DNA of 64,000 nucleotides from a virus (Duplodnaviria; Caudoviricetes): IMG/VR virus record IMGVR_UViG_3300037067_012889, positions 299,886 to 363,885 of that record; one strand, 5' to 3'. Shown piece by piece: positions 59,833 to 64,000 of this stretch (position 1 is its first letter; each line of letters starts with the position of its first letter). The notes under the pieces were generated by a model. It saw only the letters and a program-made list of their open reading frames with translations, ran no database searches and was not told where the DNA came from. The position numbers and the translations under genes were made by a program.

Positions 59833-61212
59833 ATGATAACTCTAAATGACTGCTTTGACAAACTGCCATTCGATCGTGCTGCATTATTTATAATATCTAA
59901 AGTTGCTTTCGACCGAAATAGGGGATATACAAAATCACTTGATGGTGAAACTTTCTGGCAATTCGCCAGAAGGCTCGATCGTGCATTGAATTCATTAAAA
60001 GGCGATATCGCTTCTAATTGTTATACATTCAGTCCATACAGAGAATATATACGCGTCCGTTCTGGTAAAGAACGCAAGATTTATATATCGACATGGGGCG
60101 ACAAAATCACTGAGCGATGGTTGGCAACATCGATAGGACAATCTCTAAGCAAATGGTTCTCTCCAAGTTCATATGCTTATAGGACCGGTGCCTTAGGTGT
60201 AGATCAATGCCAATCTAAAGTATCAAGGGTCGTCAAGAAATGCAAATACTTTGTTAAGCGTGATATTACACAATTTTTCTATAATATTAATCATGACATC
60301 TTATTGGGGCAATTGCGAAGACTGTGTGATAAGGATTTATTGCAATTACTAGAGCAGCGTATCAAATTCACCTATGGTACTGATCTAGGTAATATCAAGC
60401 AAGCTAATGTAGGAGTTCCTTTTGGTAGTCCATTAGCCTGTGTCCTGGCCAATATCCATCTAACAGATTTAGATGAAATGATGGCCTTGCCTGGTATTCA
60501 CTATTTCAGATATGCAGATGACTTTCTCGTAGCTGGCGATGACCCGGACGCAGTTTTGCAAGCAGCATCTCGTTTAGATACTGAGATAGCAAGACTCGGT
60601 CTAACATTTAAAGCATCACACACACAGAATTTCTCGTTTGAACCACACGCCGGATTCGATTTGGTCAAACGATTCAAATTCCTTGGATTAGAATTCTCTA
60701 ACAATGCTGTCAAGCTACCAATAGAAAAACAACGCAAAATCATCAATTTCTTCAAGCGTGGTTTGAAATCTGACAAATACCGTATCAGAAATGCAAAGGA
60801 CAAAGTCGCAGAATCAGTTGCATCTGCTAATCGTGTTATATCAAAACGTATCAGATCTGTAGCAATTATTGATTATTACCTTAAGCATACAACCGACGAA
60901 CAACAATTAAGGAACATGGATAGGATAATCACTGAGCTTGTAATTTCTACTGCTCTTGATAAGAAATTCCGAAAGAGTGATTTTAGAAAAGTATCGTTTG
61001 CTCGACTTAGGCAGCTTGGACTTGTGTCGTTAGTGCATCGCCACAAGCTGCACATGCATGGACATATTAAAATCCCGTTCCTATCGCTATATGACACTCT
61101 TCTGATAGAGCGTATGGAATCGCTCGCTACAAGAAATCGCGAACGTATTAACAAGATCAAACTATCTCGCAAACTCAAAAAAATCGAGCAAAATAAGAAT
61201 GATCGACCTTGA
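59833..61212 (+). CDS. Reverse transcriptase of unclassified group (not a canonical retron, DGR or group II intron RT)
   Basis: SLDG (RT0), GKERKIYI, SYAYR, KRDITQFFYNINH, GVPFGSPL, YFRYADD, FKFLG; no endonuclease domain. Confidence 0.93.
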   Translation: MITLNDCFDKLPFDRAALFIISKVAFDRNRGYTKSLDGETFWQFARRLDRALNSLKGDIASNCYTFSPYREYIRVRSGKERKIYISTWGDKITERWLATSIGQSLSKWFSPSSYAYRTGALGVDQCQSKVSRVVKKCKYFVKRDITQFFYNINHDILLGQLRRLCDKDLLQLLEQRIKFTYGTDLGNIKQANVGVPFGSPLACVLANIHLTDLDEMMALPGIHYFRYADDFLVAGDDPDAVLQAASRLDTEIARLGLTFKASHTQNFSFEPHAGFDLVKRFKFLGLEFSNNAVKLPIEKQRKIINFFKRGLKSDKYRIRNAKDKVAESVASANRVISKRIRSVAIIDYYLKHTTDEQQLRNMDRIITELVISTALDKKFRKSDFRKVSFARLRQLGLVSLVHRHKLHMHGHIKIPFLSLYDTLLIERMESLATRNRERINKIKLSRKLKKIEQNKNDRP

Positions 61213-63385
61213 ATCTGTTAGTATCGAAGGTTTCATCAGTTGGGGTCCATATAGCACTACATTGAAACTATCAAATATGGAGCAGTGCTTCATTATTGGT
61301 AATGTTTTTGATAAAACAGAACAAGTATATGGTAGATCTAATGGGGCTGGAAAAAGCTCTTTAATGCAGGCTATTGTTTGGTGCTTATCTGGAAAAACAA
61401 TCTATAACCAAAATCCTGGCGACAAGGTATTAAATTGGTTCAGCAGTACTGACGCAAAGGTTAGCCTGAGATTCAAGAATGGTAATGAGCTAAAACGTAT
61501 CAGGACTAGAAGTGGTGATACAGAACTGTTATTTAGACGCGGCACGCAAGAAGTAATAAACTGTACTCTATCAACGACAAGTAATCAACAGAAGTTTCTT
61601 GAAAGAGAGTTAAAGTTTGATTATAACTTATTCTGTGGGTCGGTATTTTTCTCGCAATACCGACAGCCATGGCTTGCAATGCAAGATCAGTCTAGACGTC
61701 AAGCTTTTGAGCGTGTGATGGGTATCGATCGTCTATCGATTTACGCCGAAGTTGCGAAGGCACGATGCGACAAAGTCATAATCGAACAAGAAAAACGTAA
61801 GACTAGTGTGGCCAATCTCGAAGCAAGAATAGCAAGCTTGATGCAGCAGCTCGATACTGCCCAAAAATCTTCTTTATCTTTTGAAAATAGCCGAAATGAG
61901 CGGCGTGATACCAAATTACGATATGCTGTGGAATATGAAGAAAAAGTACAACATTCCCATTTAATAGATATCGCAGCGCTAACTAAAAAATGGGAACTAG
62001 TATCGAAGATAGATGCCAGAATATCAGGTATACAATCACAGATTACAGAAATCGATAATAGCATATCGGATATGGAGAATACCAAACTACAAACTATTAT
62101 GAAGCTGCGAGAAGAGGCTCAAAAAACTCGCGACAAGATATCAAAAGATGCAGCGGTTGAAAAAAACCATATGCAAGATGTCAATGATGCAGCCGTACAA
62201 GCCAATAAAAATAAGGTGGACGCTCTTAATAAGAGAATTTTAGAGCTGCGTGGACAGATAGCCGATCAAAACGGTGCTATAAATACACAAAATGCGATAA
62301 TTAAGAGGTGGCAAGCGAAATCGGGCAAAATATGTGTTGAATGTGAACGAGAATTGCCAGCCGATTACGCCAATAGTAAGATTGATGGCCCAAAAAATAT
62401 CAAATTGGCTGCGGAACGTAAAATTGAAGAACTAAATAATTCAATGGCAGCCCTGATAAGAGAAACTTCAAATCTGTCAGTCGATATACATAAATCGAAG
62501 GGAGACACAGCTACTGCAATTGCAGCGGTTACTAATAAATCTGTTAAAATGATATCGATAATTGACGAACAATTACAAAAATCGATTGATGGTGCGACAA
62601 AGACAACAGTGGAATTAAAAGAAAGTGCGAGATCTAAAAAATCGCAATTAGAGCAACTTGTAATCACTGCGAAAAAGAAACTAGCAGCCGCAAAACCGGA
62701 GCTAACTATAAATGAAGCTATAGCAAAAAATTCTCAACGCGATATGCTTTTAGATTCGGCTCGACGTGCAAGAGAAGAAGCTGAAAACATATTGTTAGAA
62801 AAGAACACACATACTGAGTCTATCATTCAAATGGGCCGAGAGGTCAAAGAACTTGAAGACAAGGTCAAAACAGAAAGTAAGGATATATCAACATACGACA
62901 TTATTCTGATTCACCTACAATATATTCAAAAAGCATACAGTGATCGTAGAAAGATTAAAAGTTATTTGATTAGCCGACACCAACCATATTTCAACACTCG
63001 ATTACATCATTATCTTGATCTGTTTGGTTTAGATATTAAGGTATCATTGACTGACTCTCTCGGCATCGATAGTAATCTATGGGGATATGACTTCCAGAGT
63101 GGTGGTGAACGTGGGCGAACAGATCTCGCTTTCATGTTTGCTGTATTCGATCTGCACCAGGGAATACATGGTCCACAGAGTAATATATTAGTATTGGATG
63201 AGCCAGAAAAAGCCCTAGACGAATATGGTCGTCAGATGTTAATTAGTGTTATCAAAGATGATTTAGCCACCCGATTCGAATCGATTTTCATCATATCACA
63301 TAGTGATTGTTTTCACGACGTTTTCCCACACCAAATCACTGTCGAGAGAACAGACAGATTTTCACATATCATAGATGTAAGATAA
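61199..63385 (+). CDS. sbcC: SbcC/Rad50 (gp46-like) ATPase
   Basis: Walker A SNGAGKSS, Q-loop FFSQ, zinc hook CVEC, signature QSGGE, Walker B VLDEP, ISH. Confidence 0.92.
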   Translation: MIDLESVSIEGFISWGPYSTTLKLSNMEQCFIIGNVFDKTEQVYGRSNGAGKSSLMQAIVWCLSGKTIYNQNPGDKVLNWFSSTDAKVSLRFKNGNELKRIRTRSGDTELLFRRGTQEVINCTLSTTSNQQKFLERELKFDYNLFCGSVFFSQYRQPWLAMQDQSRRQAFERVMGIDRLSIYAEVAKARCDKVIIEQEKRKTSVANLEARIASLMQQLDTAQKSSLSFENSRNERRDTKLRYAVEYEEKVQHSHLIDIAALTKKWELVSKIDARISGIQSQITEIDNSISDMENTKLQTIMKLREEAQKTRDKISKDAAVEKNHMQDVNDAAVQANKNKVDALNKRILELRGQIADQNGAINTQNAIIKRWQAKSGKICVECERELPADYANSKIDGPKNIKLAAERKIEELNNSMAALIRETSNLSVDIHKSKGDTATAIAAVTNKSVKMISIIDEQLQKSIDGATKTTVELKESARSKKSQLEQLVITAKKKLAAAKPELTINEAIAKNSQRDMLLDSARRAREEAENILLEKNTHTESIIQMGREVKELEDKVKTESKDISTYDIILIHLQYIQKAYSDRRKIKSYLISRHQPYFNTRLHHYLDLFGLDIKVSLTDSLGIDSNLWGYDFQSGGERGRTDLAFMFAVFDLHQGIHGPQSNILVLDEPEKALDEYGRQMLISVIKDDLATRFESIFIISHSDCFHDVFPHQITVERTDRFSHIIDVR

Positions 63386-63410
63386 TTGTGGTAGGCGTCA
63401 AAAATAGTTT

Positions 63411-63941
63411 ATGAGTCAAATAGCAGATAAATTACGTGTTGCACTGAATAACGATGTTGCCGAAAGGCTTCTGGTGCGTTATTTCATGAGCAAAGGGTTC
63501 GATAAAGACACATTCGACCACTCTATCTATCCACCTGTCATGCAAGATATGCAATATGCCATATCTGAAATGTCGGATAAATTAGAAGTCGTACCATATG
63601 TCAGCAATATAGATCCACTGGGCGATACCGCCAAGCTTGGGTGGAATCTGTTCGTACTAGGGAATCAGAGATGCTATTTAGGTGAAACATTTCACATGGG
63701 GTTGAAAAGATTGACGCTGCAGCTGCAACATGGTCAGATTTTATCAGAGGACCAGTCGGCTACGCATCAAACAACACCCAGACGAGTTATAAAATTCGTT
63801 TCTAGAGTATTCCAATCACATGCAGATGGTTATATTAACCTAACACCGCGTATTATACCACTACCTTATCAACACCCAAGAGCATCTGGCTTGGGAATGG
63901 CTCAACAATTCTGGAGTAAACCGGGTGGGCCTAAGTGGTAA
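63411..63941 (+). CDS. Hypothetical protein
   Basis: 176-aa ORF following sbcC. Confidence 0.65.
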   Translation: MSQIADKLRVALNNDVAERLLVRYFMSKGFDKDTFDHSIYPPVMQDMQYAISEMSDKLEVVPYVSNIDPLGDTAKLGWNLFVLGNQRCYLGETFHMGLKRLTLQLQHGQILSEDQSATHQTTPRRVIKFVSRVFQSHADGYINLTPRIIPLPYQHPRASGLGMAQQFWSKPGGPKW

Positions 63942-64000
63942 TTAGGCTTCAAGATCTACGGCAACGCCGTGTGCTATCAGTTGAACCCCGATTGTTTGTT

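Noticed and set aside
59062-61212. Diversity-generating retroelement, with the two repeats as TR/VR
   Set aside because: Mismatches are not confined to adenines of one copy and are largely compensatory. Neither copy lies in a gene's 3' end, and no Avd-like gene is evident.
59833-61300. Group II intron
   Set aside because: The RT overlaps sbcC, leaving no room for domains V/VI. The upstream non-coding DNA is only about 200 nt, and there is no interrupted gene.

Overview
This is a 64 kb segment of a large, jumbo-type dsDNA phage genome read in the standard genetic code. Genes run mostly on the minus strand up to about 49 kb and mostly on the plus strand after 50 kb. Replication/recombination genes include a minimal family-A polymerase, a DnaB-like helicase, RecA, a DnaE split into two genes, DinG, SbcD, SbcC, UDG and dUTPase. 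It also carries an actin-like ATPase, a GroES-like protein, a TraR/DksA-like protein, very long Gly-X-Thr collagen-like and mucin-like virion fibre genes, and many glycosyltransferases and sugar-modifying enzymes. Three non-coding structures stand out. (1) A reverse transcriptase without retron, DGR or group II intron context (59833-61212), overlapping sbcC, is preceded by two diverged copies of a ~150-nt structured element (59062-59216 and 59665-59815). The copies show compensatory base changes and retron-like topology, and each sits beside a paralogous small ORF. (2) A ~350-nt RNA (46963-47315) contains two tandem circularly permuted tRNA-like modules. It lies directly after a 244-aa gene whose ribosome-binding site carries the same short repeat motif. 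(3) A 950-bp non-coding strand-switch region (49081-50028) holds an 8-mer microsatellite, a structured RNA-like segment and a G5CG7 tract, and is a candidate origin. All calls come from reading motifs and base-pairing by eye; no searches were run.
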